From positions 234,486,001-234,550,000 of the forward strand of contig NC_086097.1 of assembly GCF_963921235.1 (NCBI RefSeq): 64,000 bases of DNA, in the 5' to 3' direction. The notes under the pieces are model-generated. The model did no database searches, was not told the DNA's origin, and saw only the letters and a program-made list of their open reading frames with translations. This document shows, piece after piece, positions 1-11,610 of this stretch (within the stretch, counting starts at the first letter, position 1; each line of letters opens with the position of its first letter). The DNA is from Mobula hypostoma. Taxonomy: Eukaryota. A program made the position numbers and the translations under genes.

Positions 1-28
1 TAGTATATCTATAAGTTTAAATTCAAAT

Positions 29-1016
29 TAGAACATAGATAGAACATAGAATAGTACAGCACAGTGCAGGCCCTTCAGCCCACAATGTTGTGCCGAACCT
101 TAAACCCTGCCTTCCATATACACCCCCCCCCACCTTAAATTCCTCTATATACCTGTCTAGTAGTCTCTTAAATTTAGCTAGTGTATCTGCCTCCACCACT
201 GACTCAGGCAATGCATTCCATGCACCAACCACTCTCTGAGTAAAAAACCTTCCTCTAATATCCACCTTGAACTTCCCACCCCTTACCTTAGAGCCATGTC
301 CTCTTGTATTGAGCAGTGGTGCCCTGGGGAAGAGGCACTGGCTGTCCACTCTATCTATTCCTCTTAAAATCTTGTATACCTCTATCATGTCTCCTCTCAT
401 TCTCCTTCTCTACAAAGAGTAAAGCCCTAGCTCCCTTAATCTCTGATCACAATGCATACTTTCTAAACCAGGCAGCACCTTGGTAATCTCCTCTGTACCC
501 TTTCCAATGCTTCCACATCCTTCCTATAGTGAGGTGACCAGAACTGGACACAGTACTCCAAGTGTGGCCTAACCAGAGTTTTATAGAGCTGCATCATTAC
601 ATCGCAACTCTTAAACTTTATCCCGTGACTAATGAAAGCTAACACCCCATAAGCTTTCTTAACTACCCTATCCACCTGTGAGGCAACTTTCAGGGATCTG
701 TGGACATGTACCCCGAGATCCCTCTGCTCCTCCACACTACCATTTACTGTGTACTCTGCCTTGGAGTTTGTCCTTCCAAAGTGTACCACCTCACACTTCT
801 TCGGATTGAACTCCATCTGCCACTTCTCAGCCCACATCTACGTCCTATCAATGTCTCTCTGCAATCTCCGACAATCCTCCACACTATCTACAACAGCACC
901 AACCTTTGTGTCATCTGTAAACTTGCCAACCCACCCTTCTACCCACACATCCAGGTCGTTAATAAAAATCACAAAAAGTAGAGGTCCCAGAAGTGAACCT
1001 CGTGGGACACCACTAC
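29..1016 (-). mobile_element. CR1/HER1-type LINE, 5'-truncated (RT C-terminus and 3' tail), decayed
   Basis: Minus-strand ORFs give SGVPRGSLLGPLLFVIFINDL, KFTDDTK, LYKTLVRPHLEYCVQFWSPHYRKD and FFTQRVVGAWNALP; repeated TAGAACATAG tail at about 29-55. Confidence 0.93.
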
Positions 1017-1375
1017 TTATCACTAGTCATCCCTGCCAGTACCTCCTTCCAATTTACTTTGGCCAGCTGTTCTCTCATACCATTGTAATTTCCATTACTC
1101 CACTGAAATACTACTACATCAGACTTTACCTTCTCCCTATCCAATTTCAAGTTGAACTCAATTATATTGTGATCACAGACTTCTAAGGATCCATTTACTT
1201 TAAGCTCCCTAATCACCTCTGGTTCATTACATAACACCCAATCCAGTATAGCTGATCCCTCAGTAAGCTCAATGACAAACTGCTCTAAAAAGCCATCTCA
1301 TAGGCCTTCAACAAACCCACTTTCTTGAGGTCCATTTCCACCCTGATTTTCCCAATCGACCTGCATGTTGGAATA
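1017..1375 (-). mobile_element. Older CR1 subfamily fragment (end of AP endonuclease region); resumes at 4271
   Basis: ORF 1013-1237 (LCNEPEVIRELKV...CDHNIIEFNLKLDREKVKSD) closely matches the CR1 ORF at 56149-56487. Confidence 0.85.
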
Positions 1376-1385
1376 GATCTCTCAC

Positions 1386-4270
1386 AGATCTTTCAGTGGT
1401 TGAGCATCTGGGGGACAGTGACCACTGCTCCCTGGCCTTTAGCATTATGATGGAAAAGGATAGAATCAGAGAGGCCAGGAAAATTCTTAATTGGGGTAGG
1501 GCAAATTATGAGGCTATAAGGCTAGAACTTGCGGGTGTGAATTGGGATGATGTTTTTGCAGGGAAATGTACTGTGGACATGTGGTCGATGTTTCGGGATC
1601 TCTTGTGGGATGTTAGGGATAAATTTGTCCCAGTGAGGAAGATAAAGAATGATAGGGTGAAGGAACTGTGGGTGACAAGTGAGGTGGAAAATCTAGTCAG
1701 GTGGAAGAAGGCATCATACATGAAGTTCAGGAAGCAAGGATCAGATGGGTCTATTGAGGAATGTAAGAAAGGCAAGAAAGGAGCTTAAGAAGGGGCTGAG
1801 AAGAGCAAGAAGGGGACTTGAGAAAGCCTTGGCGAATAGGGTAAAGGAAAACCCCAAGGCATTCTTCAACGATGTGAAGAACAAAAGGATGACAGGAGTG
1901 AAGGTAGGACCAATTAGAGATAAAGCTAGGAAGATGTGCCTGGAGGTTGTGGAAGTGAGCGAGGTCCTCAATGAATACCTCTCTTCGGTATTCACCAATG
2001 AGAGGGAACTGGAGGACAACATGAGTGAGGTTGATGTTCTGGAACATGTTGATATTACGGCAGAGGAGGTGTTGGAGTTATTGGTTATGAAGATACGTAG
2101 TCCTCTTTTATTGTCATTTAGTAATGCATGCATTAAGAAATGATACAGTATTTCCTCCGGTGTGATATCACAAAACACAGGACAAACCAAGACTGAAAAA
2201 ACTGCTAAAACCACATAATTATAACATAGAGTTACAAACAGTGTAACAATACCATAACTTGATGAAGAAGTCCGTGAGCACAGTAAAGTTCAAAGTTTCT
2301 CAAATGTCCCACATCTCACGCAGACGGGAGAAGGAAGAAAAACTCTCCCTGCCATGCCGACCACAATCCGACTCTGAGTCATCCGAAAACTTCGAGCTCT
2401 GATCAGCTCTCCGACACTGAGTACTGAGCACCATCTCTGTCCGAACTATTCGACCTCCTTCTCGGTCGCCAAAAGCAAGCAAGGCCGGGGATTTTGAGGC
2501 CTACCCTCCGAAAGATTTCCGACCACACAGTAACGACAGCAGCAAACGGGCGTTTCAGAAATTTCTCCAGATGTTCCTCTGTGCTTTCATGTCCATTTCC
2601 ATCAAGAATTCCCCACGGCCCCTATTTAACAGATACGATATCAATTTTCATCGGGGGGCTGTGCACAAGCAGGCGCGCCGCCATCTTCTTCTCCGGCCTA
2701 CATTAAGACGGGTAAGTCTCCAGGGCCTGATGGAATATTCCCCAGGCAGCTCCACAAGGCGCGGGAAGAGATTGCTGAGCCTCTGGCTAGGATCTTTATA
2801 TCCTCGTTGTCTACCGGAATGGTACCGGAGGATTGGACGGTGTAGAATGTTGTCCCCTTGCTCAAAAAAGGTAGTAGGGATAGTCTGGGTAATTATAGAC
2901 CCGTGAGCCTTACATCTGTGGTGGGAAAGCTGTTGGAAAAGATTCTTAGAGATAGGATCTATGGGCATTTGGAGAATAATGGTCTGATCAGGGACAGTCA
3001 GCATGGCTTTATGAAGGGCAGGTCACGTCTAACAAGCCTGATAGAGTTCTTTGAGGAGGTGACCAAGTATATAGATGAGGGTAGTGCAGTGGATATGATC
3101 TACATGGATTTTAGTAAGGCATTTTTCAAGGTTCCACATGATAGGCTTATTCAGAAAGTCAGAAGGCATGGGATCCAGGGAAGTTTGGCCAGGTGGATTC
3201 AGAATTGACTTGCTTACAGAAAGCAAAGGGTCGTGGTGGAGGGAATACATTTGGATTGGAGGGTTGTGACTAGTGGTGTCCCACAAGGATTGGTTCTGGG
3301 ACCTCTACCTTTCGTGATTTTTATTAACAACCTGGATGTGGGGGTAGAAGGGTTGGGTTGGCAAGTTTGCAGACGACACAAAGGTTGATGGTGTTGTGGA
3401 TAGTGTAGAGGATTGTCAAAGATTACAAAGGGATATTGATAGGATGCAGAAGTGGGCTGAGAATTGGTAGATGGAGTTCAACGCAGAGAAGTGTGAGGTG
3501 GTACACTTTGGAAGGACAAACTCCAAGGCAGAGTACAAAGTAAATGGCAGGATACATGGTAGTGTGGAGGAGCAGAGGGATCTGGCGGTACATGTCCACA
3601 GATCCCTAGAAGTTGCCTCACAGGTGGATAGGGTAGTTAAGAAAGCTTATGGGGTGTTAGCTTTCATAAATCAAGGGATAGAGTTTAAGAGTCGCGGTGT
3701 AATGATGCAGCTCTATAAAACTCTGGTTAGGCCACACTTGGAGTACTGTGTCCAGTTCTGGTCACCTCACTATAAGGAAGGATGTGGAAGCATTAGAAAG
3801 AGTACAGAGGAGATTTACCAGGATGCTGCCTGGTTTAGAAAGTATGCATTGTGATCAGAGATTAAGGGAGCTAGTGCTTTACTCTTTGGAGAGAAGGAGG
3901 ATGAGAGGAGACATGATAGAGGTGTACAAGATAATAAGAGAAATAGATAGAGTGGATAGCCAGCGCCTCTTCCCCAGGGCACCACTGCTCAATACAAGAC
4001 GACATGGCTTTAAGGTAAGGGGTGGGAAGTTCAAGGGTGATATTAGAGGAAGGTTTTTTACTCAGAGAGTGGTTGGTCTGTGGAATGCACTGCCTGAGTC
4101 AGTGGTGGAGGCAGATACACTAGTGAAATTTAAGAGACTACTAGACAGGTATATGGAGGAATTTAAGGTGGGTGGTTATATGGGAGGCAGGGTTTGAGGG
4201 TCGGCACAACATTGTGGGCTGAAGGGCCTGTACTGTGCAGTACTATTCTATGTTTTAAGTTCTGTGTTCT
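1386..4270 (+). mobile_element. CR1/HER1-type LINE ORF2 (end of endonuclease, RT, 3' tail), frameshifted, interrupted at 2084-2695
   Basis: EHLGDSDH, KENPKAFF, GNYRPVSLTSVVGKLLE, YMDFSKAF and WNALPESVVEAD occur in order; the frame LELL|AYIKT is continuous across the insertion. Confidence 0.95.
2084..2695 (-). mobile_element. About 600-bp non-coding non-autonomous retroelement (GGAGAAGATGGCG-headed family)
   Basis: Interrupts CR1 ORF2; homologous to 49686-50320 (-), 61476-62092 (+) and partial 26645-26878 (+). Confidence 0.85.
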
Positions 4271-4825
4271 ATCTCCCATCACTATCATTGCCTTATTTCC
4301 TGTTGAAATCTGTGGTGCACATCCCATCTACTGTTGGAAGGCCTGTCCATAATTCCCATCAGGGTCCTTTTACCCTTGCCGTTCCTTAACTCAACCCACA
4401 AGGTTTCAGGATATTCCAATTCTATGTCACATCTTTCTACTGATTTGATGCAATTCTTTACCAGAAGAGCACATCACCCTCTCTGTCTACCTCCCTACCC
4501 CTCTGATATAACTTGTAAGCTTGGACATTCAGCTGCCAAGTAAAACCATCCTTCAGCCATGACCACGACATCATACCTGACAATCTGTAATAGTGCAACA
4601 AAATCACCCACCTTATTTCTTATACTCTGTGCATTGAGATGTAACACTTCAGTGCTGCATTTGCTACCCTTTTTGATTCTGCATCCCTAATGAACTGATA
4701 CTCACCACGCTGGCTGCGGTTATGTCCTATCATCTTCCTGCCGTTCCTGTCTGTCTGACTGTACACTATCTTTGGCTTCTACCATCCATTCTATCCTGAG
4801 TCCCTTCATTCCGTTTCCCACCCAA
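4271..4825 (-). mobile_element. Older CR1 fragment (N-terminal endonuclease region), continuation of 1017-1375
   Basis: Reverse complement resembles the CR1 endonuclease region at about 55500-56030. Confidence 0.75.
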
Positions 4826-7227
4826 GTTCATACCTGTTTAATGCTCATTATCAAATAAGTTTGTTCCTCATATCTCTGGAGCTAAAACACCTGTGTATTA
4901 TTCAATATATTTTTATTTTTATAGACACAATGAAAAAATTGTTCCACATTTTGTGCAAGTAATTTTTTTCAACCATTTACCTGTCTTCCCCCTTCCTTTC
5001 CAATTCTGATGAAGAGTCTCAGTCCAAAATGTCGACTGTTAATTCATCTCCATGGATGCTGAGTTCCTCCAGTGTTTTTTGTGTGTTGCTTTGCCTACTT
5101 CTGTTTCTTATTAAGAATCTATCTTTGCCTTGAAAATATTCAAAGAACTAGAGGTCATAGGTTAAGGGTGAAAGGTGAAGTAATTAAGGGGAATTTGAGG
5201 GGAACTCTTTCACATACACAGGTGGCATGAGTATGGAAAGAGCTTTAGAGAAAACAAATATAATTTAGTTGAGAATTCATTTATAGGTCCTGACTTTTGG
5301 TTGATTATATTCAATAGAAAATAGATAAAAGTTAGAAGTGAATTATTCCATTTGGATTTATGAATATATTTAATATGTATTTGCATATGTTCTGAGATTC
5401 TGGGTCTTGGATTTTAAAATTGGCAGATGCCCCCACTAATCAAAGCAGATTAAAGGAACTTGAATGAGCAAATAGCTGAAAAACTCTGCAAATGATCCCT
5501 TATGATCACCAATTTATCTGGATTCTGATAAACTTCACATTAAAGGGCTGCTAAATAATTGCTTACACTAAAATATGTTTATCTGTTCTAGGCTTCCTTA
5601 CAACAGATGCCAATGTCCTTCTGGTCTCCCTTGATTGGCCTTCAAGTCTGCTTCCTCAAAATTTTGGAATACACAGATGGTTGGAGGAAATGAAAATGTA
5701 AATTAAGTTCGACTGCAATAAGGTGGGTCCTCATCCAACGTTAGACACCGTGAGGGCTAATTTAGATGCTGTAATCTGTTCCCCCAACATTATACCTCAC
5801 CACAGTATTTTCCTCTGCTGATGGTATTACACTACTGTGAGATATTTTCTGCTCATAAGCATTTCCATTTCGTAACGACAATTACTTAAATTGCCCTGAA
5901 ATATCTATTGTGATAGTCACAGAAGAGAGAGAATCTGCAGATGCTGGAAATCCTATTGGGATATAACTAGATACAGTGATGGTATTGTGTTTGCTGACCC
6001 AGGGGTTCTAAACTCAAACAAAAATCTGAAGCCCTGTTTGATGTAAACAGCTACAGGTACCCTCACGAAGGGGAGGTTATACTGTAGCTACCTAATCTTC
6101 AAAGACTAGTTCACTTCCCTGTTTATCCTCCATGGCAAATTTAGCTGTCAGTACCCATGTTTGAGTGGTGGGTCTCCCCACCCTGCTAAGGAGGAGTTAT
6201 TTCCAGATAATGAAGTAGCTCGAACACAGTTCACTTATTTTATTGACACACATTTTAATTTTAATAAAATTCTTAAACCACATTTACAAATATTAGCTGA
6301 TTTCTATTTTATAAATTAGAAGTAATTTCCAAAACACGAAGGATTACAAAACACATGTACAATTCCTATAAGCTATTAAAACACAACAGTGAGTGCAGAC
6401 GAGTGAATTGTCCATTGCAGATATCAAAGGCAAAGGAATGGATTCTCACTCATCCTGTCTTTCTGTCATTCTTCTTGATGTTTCTGGACCATTTTCAAAC
6501 TTCCAACTATTATTAGATCAGCTATTTGATGTGCTATGTGATAGTATCAATGTCCTGCTAGATTCCTTGAACAAGCTTCTTCAGCCAGTATTGTCTGGTT
6601 TGATACAAGTCCATTAACATAACTCATTGTCTTATATAGCATCTCCACAGTCTAGCGTCCTGCACGCCACAGACAGTGCTGCTTGCTTGTAAAGCTATTC
6701 TTTTAACTTCAGACCGATTAATGCTTGCAATTTGCTTTAAGAATTGAGGACTGGTTTCCATTTATGACAAGTTGCTGAACAAAAAATATTGGTTGGAAGT
6801 TTATCTTACTCAAAAACAAACTCTCTGATCTCTAGAAGTGTCAGCTGCTGTGTTTAGAAAGCTGAGCTTGGCAAAGTAGCCCCATGGCCTTGGACAGTTT
6901 TAATCTATCACATCCTATATAAACTTCTAGGTTTTGCCTTGTTGTAAACTTCCAAGTTCAGTTAATGGGAATCAGAAGTTTTTAACGAGAGGCATACAAT
7001 GAACTAGCCTATATACTTGTCATGTGAGACTAATATAAATCACTCAGCCATCCTTTGAGCAGACATCTTGCTTCTGTATTATGAATACAATAACATCTCC
7101 TTTAATCATTATCTTTTTATAACAATTTCTAGATTAGAGATGTTTAGAGTTTGTTTAGAGTTTTGTCAAGTTCACTTTTAAGTCTAGAGAATTAATTGTT
7201 AGAAATGTAGCCATCACTGAGGTAGAA

Positions 7228-7945
7228 TCACACACAAAATGCAGGCGGGACTCACCAGGACAGACATCATCTATGTAGAGGAATAAACGGTTGAGGTTTC
7301 AGGCTGAGGTCCATCATCAGGACCGAGAAGGATGGGGGAAGAAACCAAAATAAGAAGGTGGGGACACAGAGTACAAGCTGGCAGGTAATAGGCCAAACCA
7401 ATTGGGGGGTAGGTAGGTAGGTGGCAGGGCAGGGGAATGAAGTAGGAAGCTTGGAGGTGATAGATGGCTGGGCAGGGGAACAAAGTAGGAAGCTTGGAGG
7501 TGATAGGTAGCTGTGCAGGGGAATGAAGTAGGAAGCTTGGAGGTGATAGATGGCTGGGCAGGGGAACAAAGTAGGAAGCTTGGAGGTGATAGATAGCTGT
7601 GCAGGGGAATGAAGTAGGAAGCTTGGAGGTGATAGGTGGCTGGGCAGGGGAACAAAGTAGGAAGCTTGGAGGTGATAGGTGGCTGGGCAGGGGAATGAAG
7701 TAGGAAGCTCGGAGATGATAGGTGGAAGGGGTAAAGGGCTGAAGAGGAAGGAATCTAATAGGAGAAGAGAGTGGACCAGAGGAGAACGGGATGGACTAGG
7801 GACAATAGAGACGGATGATTGGCAGGGAGAAGAGGAGAAAATAGTGTCCTGATGAAGTTCCTTGGCTCAAAAGACCGACTGTTGATTCCCTTCCATAGAT
7901 GCTGCCTGATGTGATGAGTTCCTCCAGCAATTTGTGTGTGTTGCT
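7228..7945 (-). mobile_element. Penelope-derived element with inverted ends and an internal minisatellite
   Basis: About 7228-7325 and 7846-7945 are diverged reverse complements, each with a CTGATGA hammerhead-like motif; purine-rich interior. Confidence 0.75.
7432..7725. repeat. 43-bp minisatellite, about 6.8 copies, alternating variants
   Basis: Units GGGGAA(TG/CA)AAGTAGGAAGCTTGGAGGTGATAG... start at 7432, 7475, 7518, 7561, 7604, 7647 and 7690. Confidence 0.95.
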
Positions 7946-7974
7946 GAAATGTTTCTTTATTGTTCAACACTCAC

Positions 7975-8135
7975 TGATCAGCAGACCAAGGAGATGATCA
8001 TTGACTTCAGGAGGAGGAAACTGAAGGTCCATGAGAGAGTCCTTGTCAGTGGATCAGAGGTGGAGAGGGTCAGGAACTTTAAATTCCTCAGTGTTATCAT
8101 TTATAGGATCTGTCCTGGATCCAGCACATAAGTGC
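7975..8135 (+). mobile_element. Rex1/Babar-like LINE RT fragment
   Basis: TKEMIIDFRRRK...GSEVERVRNFKFLSVII. Confidence 0.7.
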
Positions 8136-8290
8136 CATTACATGCACTTACTGTACAGACAGTAGCGGGAATTGAACTCTGAGCTTCTGATCGCAAACAC
8201 GAGGAAATCTGCAGATGCTGGAATTTCAAGCAACACGCATCAAAGTTGCTGGTGAACGCAGCAGGCCAGGCAGCATCTCTAGGAAGAGGT

Positions 8291-8332
8291 ACAGTCGACG
8301 TTTCGGGCCAAGACCCTTCATCAGGTCTAACT
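8291..8332 (-). ncRNA. Minimal type I hammerhead ribozyme motif (Penelope-type)
   Basis: Reverse complement reads CAGTTAGAC-CTGATGA-A-GGG-TCTTGG-CCC-GAAAC-GTC-GACTG: intact core, stem II, palindromic ACGT in place of stem III; stem I imperfect. Confidence 0.7.
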
Positions 8333-8865
8333 GAAAGAAGAGCTAGTAAGAGATTTGAAAGTGGGAGGGGTAAGGGGAGATCCAAAATGATAGGAGAAGA
8401 CAGGAGGGGGAGAGATGGAGCCAAGAGCTGGACAGGTGATTGGCAAAAGGGATAGGAGAAGATCATGGGACAGGAGGCCCAGGGAGAAAGAAAGGGGGAG
8501 GGGGAAAAACCCAGAGGATGGGCAAGGGGTATAGTGAGAGGGACAGAGGGAGAAAAAGGAGAGAGAGAGAAAAAGAATGTGTGTATATAAATAAATAAAT
8601 AATGGATGGGTTACAAGGGGGAGGTGGGACATTAGCGGAAATTTGAGAAGTCAATGTTCATGCCATCAGGTTGGAAGCTACTCAGACGGAATATAAGGTG
8701 TTGTTCCTCCAACCTTCATCTTTACAGCAGAGGAGGTCGTGGATAGACATATCACAATGGGACTGGAACGTGGAATTAAAATGTGTGGCCACTGGGAGAT
8801 CCTGCTTTCTCTGGCGGACAGAGCCTAGGTGTTCAGCGAAATGATCCCTTATTAGCTCTTCTTTA

Positions 8866-8907
8866 AGTTAGTCCTGACGAAGGGTCTCGGCCCGAAATGT
8901 CGACTGT
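8866..8907 (+). ncRNA. Minimal hammerhead ribozyme motif (variant GAAATGTC)
   Basis: AGTTAGTC-CTGACGA-AGGGTCTCGGCCC-GAAATGTC-GACTG; AGTC/GACT stem I. Confidence 0.6.
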
Positions 8908-9039
8908 ACCTCTTCCTAGAGATGCTGCCTGGCCTGCTGCGCTCACCAGCAACTTTTATGTGTGTTGTCTGACCTTCTGATAGCTGGCACTGTGAAGTTT
9001 AACACTAACCACTACACTACCTTGCTGCAATATATGAAA

Positions 9040-10175
9040 TGTTGACTGAATTCCTCATCTACCACTGCAAGAGTCTCTGCATCCAGCACATCTTTCACAG
9101 TACCATCTTCAGCAGGATTACACCACAAACACCTTTTCCTATTCCAACCCTAAACCCTCACTGCCAACCGCCCCCCCACCCCCGGCCGCAGTCTCCGCTT
9201 TCTGCAGGGATCACTTTCTACACAACTCTACATGAGGCTCAGAGTTGTATATGATGACGTATATGTACTTTGAACTCTTGTTCATTCATATTTGCCCACT
9301 GATCTCCCTGCAGATACTTACTCCTGTAAGTGGGACAAATGCTATAGCCCATACCTACACATCCTCCCTCGCAACTATTCAGTGACCCAAACAATCCTTC
9401 CAGGTGGAGTGACTCTTAATCTGCATGTCTGATGACTCACATCTGGTGCTCCTGTTGTGGCCTTCTCTGCATCGATGAGACTCAGCGTAGATTGGGGTAC
9501 CTTCATCAAGTACCTTCCCTCCATCAACCACAAAAGGCAGGAAGTCCCTGTGGTTACCCACTTTAATTCTACTTCTCATTCCCATTCACACAGGTCAGGC
9601 TATGGCCTCCTCTATAGCCAAGATGAGACCATGTCAGGTTGAAGGAGTAACACCTCATATTCCTTTTGGGTAGCATCCAACCTGACGTCACCAACATAGA
9701 TCTCTAACTTTCGGTAATTTCTGTTCCATCCCTTTTCTCTCCTTTTCTATTCCCTATTCTGGCTCGCTTCTTACACCTTCTGTTGTCATCGCCTGCCCAT
9801 CACCTCCCTCTAGTACCCTTCCTCTTTCTGGTTTTCCCATGGCCTACCCTCCTCTCCTATCAGATTCATTCTTCTTCAATGTATTACCTCTTCGTTCTAT
9901 CACCTCCTACTTTCTCACTTCATGGCCCTTCCTCCACCCACCTATCTTCCCTCTCGCCTGGTTTCACCTATCACTTGCCAGCTTGTACTCCATACACTCA
10001 CCAACTTCTTCTTCTTCTTCCTCTTCTTCCTTTTAATTCCTGATGAAGAATCTCAGCCCGAAGCATCACCAGTTCATTCCTTTCTATTGATGCTGCCTGA
10101 CCCGCTGAGTTCCTCAGGCACTTTGTGTTTGGTTGCTCTGGATTTCCATCATCTATAAAATCTCTTGTGTTTATT
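9040..10175 (+). mobile_element. Decayed Penelope-like element (RT tail, GIY-YIG endonuclease remnant, terminal repeat)
   Basis: CGLLCIDET and PVVTHFNSTSHSHS...GLLYSQDET remnants, then a pyrimidine-rich segment and CTGATGAAGAATCTCAGCCCGAAG at about 10040. Confidence 0.8.
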
Positions 10176-10994
10176 ACACGCTGCTTCCTTTCATTGGATT
10201 CTGGAAGGATTGTTCTTAGAAGAATAGGGCTAATCTTTGCAGTACTGGATTCTAACTCCACTGAAAATGTTTCTTGAAGACTGAGAATTATTTTGCTGGC
10301 TGAGCTTTTCTTCTATCAACAACAAATGGATGACAAATTGTACAATTCTGTGCAGGTGACTTACATTGTTTAGTCTTGCAGTAAATGTGACTTCTTGCTG
10401 GTGATCTATGTCCCTGCAAACAATGTACTTCCCTGAATAGAAAATCTTCAAAGTCATTTGCCAGCTGGCAAATTTCATTGGCTGAGGAAGACCCATGGAT
10501 ATTCCTGATTGATCTGTCAAATAATGTTGTGAGATTTATTGTCTTCAGAAAGAGCCAATTATTGCCAACATTTTGGAGTTCAGTGTTTACATAACAAAAA
10601 ATAAGTGTAGTTTTTTTTTCTGTTCTTAATCCTCAACCACAGGCGTTTCTGTCTCAGATGTTACTTGTGGTAGGACTTACTCAGTCACGAGGATAATAGT
10701 GACAAATTGCTCCATGTACCATGAGGCAAATCCTTTTGTTCTTAGTATTTGAAATCAAACATCTCACTGTCATTAAAGAATGTGTGTGTATATCCCTGAA
10801 TGCCTCTGTGAATCAATTGTCCCTTAAGTATGCACTCCTTAGTATTCGTTCTTCAGCCGCCATTCCTTTGAAATACCACCAAAATATCCCAACTTTGCAA
10901 TTCTATGCTGAATATTCTTTCAAATGTGGATAATGATGCTATTTCCTGAGGTGAATGGTGCACTTCAGATTCAACTGGGGAAGAATTCAGCTGG

Positions 10995-11303
10995 AAAGCA
11001 GGCTTTTTCCTCTAAGATTGAGTGGGACTTCATCTAGAGGTCATGGGTTGAGGGTGAAAGGTGAAATGTTTAAGGGAAACTTGTTCACTCAGAGGGCCGT
11101 GAGATTGTGGAACAAGCTGCCTACACAAGTGCTGCATGCGAGCTCGATTTCAACACTTAAGAAAAGTTTGGACTGGTACATGGATGGTAGGGGTATGGAG
11201 GGCTATGGTCCTGATGCAGGCTGATGGGAGTATCGTTCAGGATAGACTAGTTGGGCCAAAGGGCCTGTTTCTGTGCTGTATTTATCTATGACTCTATGAC
11301 TCT
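10995..11303 (+). mobile_element. CR1 3' end
   Basis: RLFPLRL...RGHGLRVKG...FTQRAVRLWNKLP; CTATGACT tail. Confidence 0.85.
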
Positions 11304-11334
11304 AAAAGCAGCTTAAGTTATGCTCTGCTAAAGA

Positions 11335-11610
11335 TTATCTTTATTTGTCTCATGTGTATCGAAACATACAGTGAATGGCATCATTAGTGTCAAATCAAAT
11401 CAGTGAGGATTGAGCTGAGCAACATACAAATATTGCCGCATTTCTGCTGCCAGCATTGCAGGTCTACAGATCCATAGCCCTAACCTTGGAATGTCGGAGC
11501 GAACTGGAGTAGCCACAGGATGCCCGCACAATCACAGGAGAATGCATAAACTCCTAACGTCAGGGCGTAAAGTCAAACTCTGATGTTAAAGCTGGCACTC
11601 GAAAGCTATG
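11335..11610 (-). mobile_element. V-SINE-like SINE, diverged
   Basis: TTGGAATGTCGGAGCGAACTGGAG...CACAGGAGAATGCATAAACTCC resembles the reverse complement of the V-domain; related copies at about 24905-25050, 35540-35760, 40220-40520, 53580-53700 and 62110-62250. Confidence 0.65.

Larger units (their letters stand above)
8192..8967 (-). mobile_element. Young Penelope-like element fragment with inverted terminal segments and 14-bp TSD
   Basis: TSD TCTGAGCTTCTGAT (8178-8191) / TCTGACCTTCTGAT (8968-8981); about 8230-8345 is inverted at 8850-8967; about 8630-8840 matches the end of the GIY-YIG region seen at 9040-10175. Confidence 0.88.

Noticed and set aside
7432..7725. CRISPR-like array
   Set aside because: Head-to-tail repeats without unique spacers, in a eukaryotic context with no cas genes.
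8246..8455. Recurrent peptide MLVNAAGQAASLGRGTVD as a gene family
   Set aside because: Translation of the non-coding Penelope terminal repeat.
10230..10520. 96-aa ORF in apparently unique DNA
   Set aside because: No recognisable homology or splice context; the length is compatible with chance.
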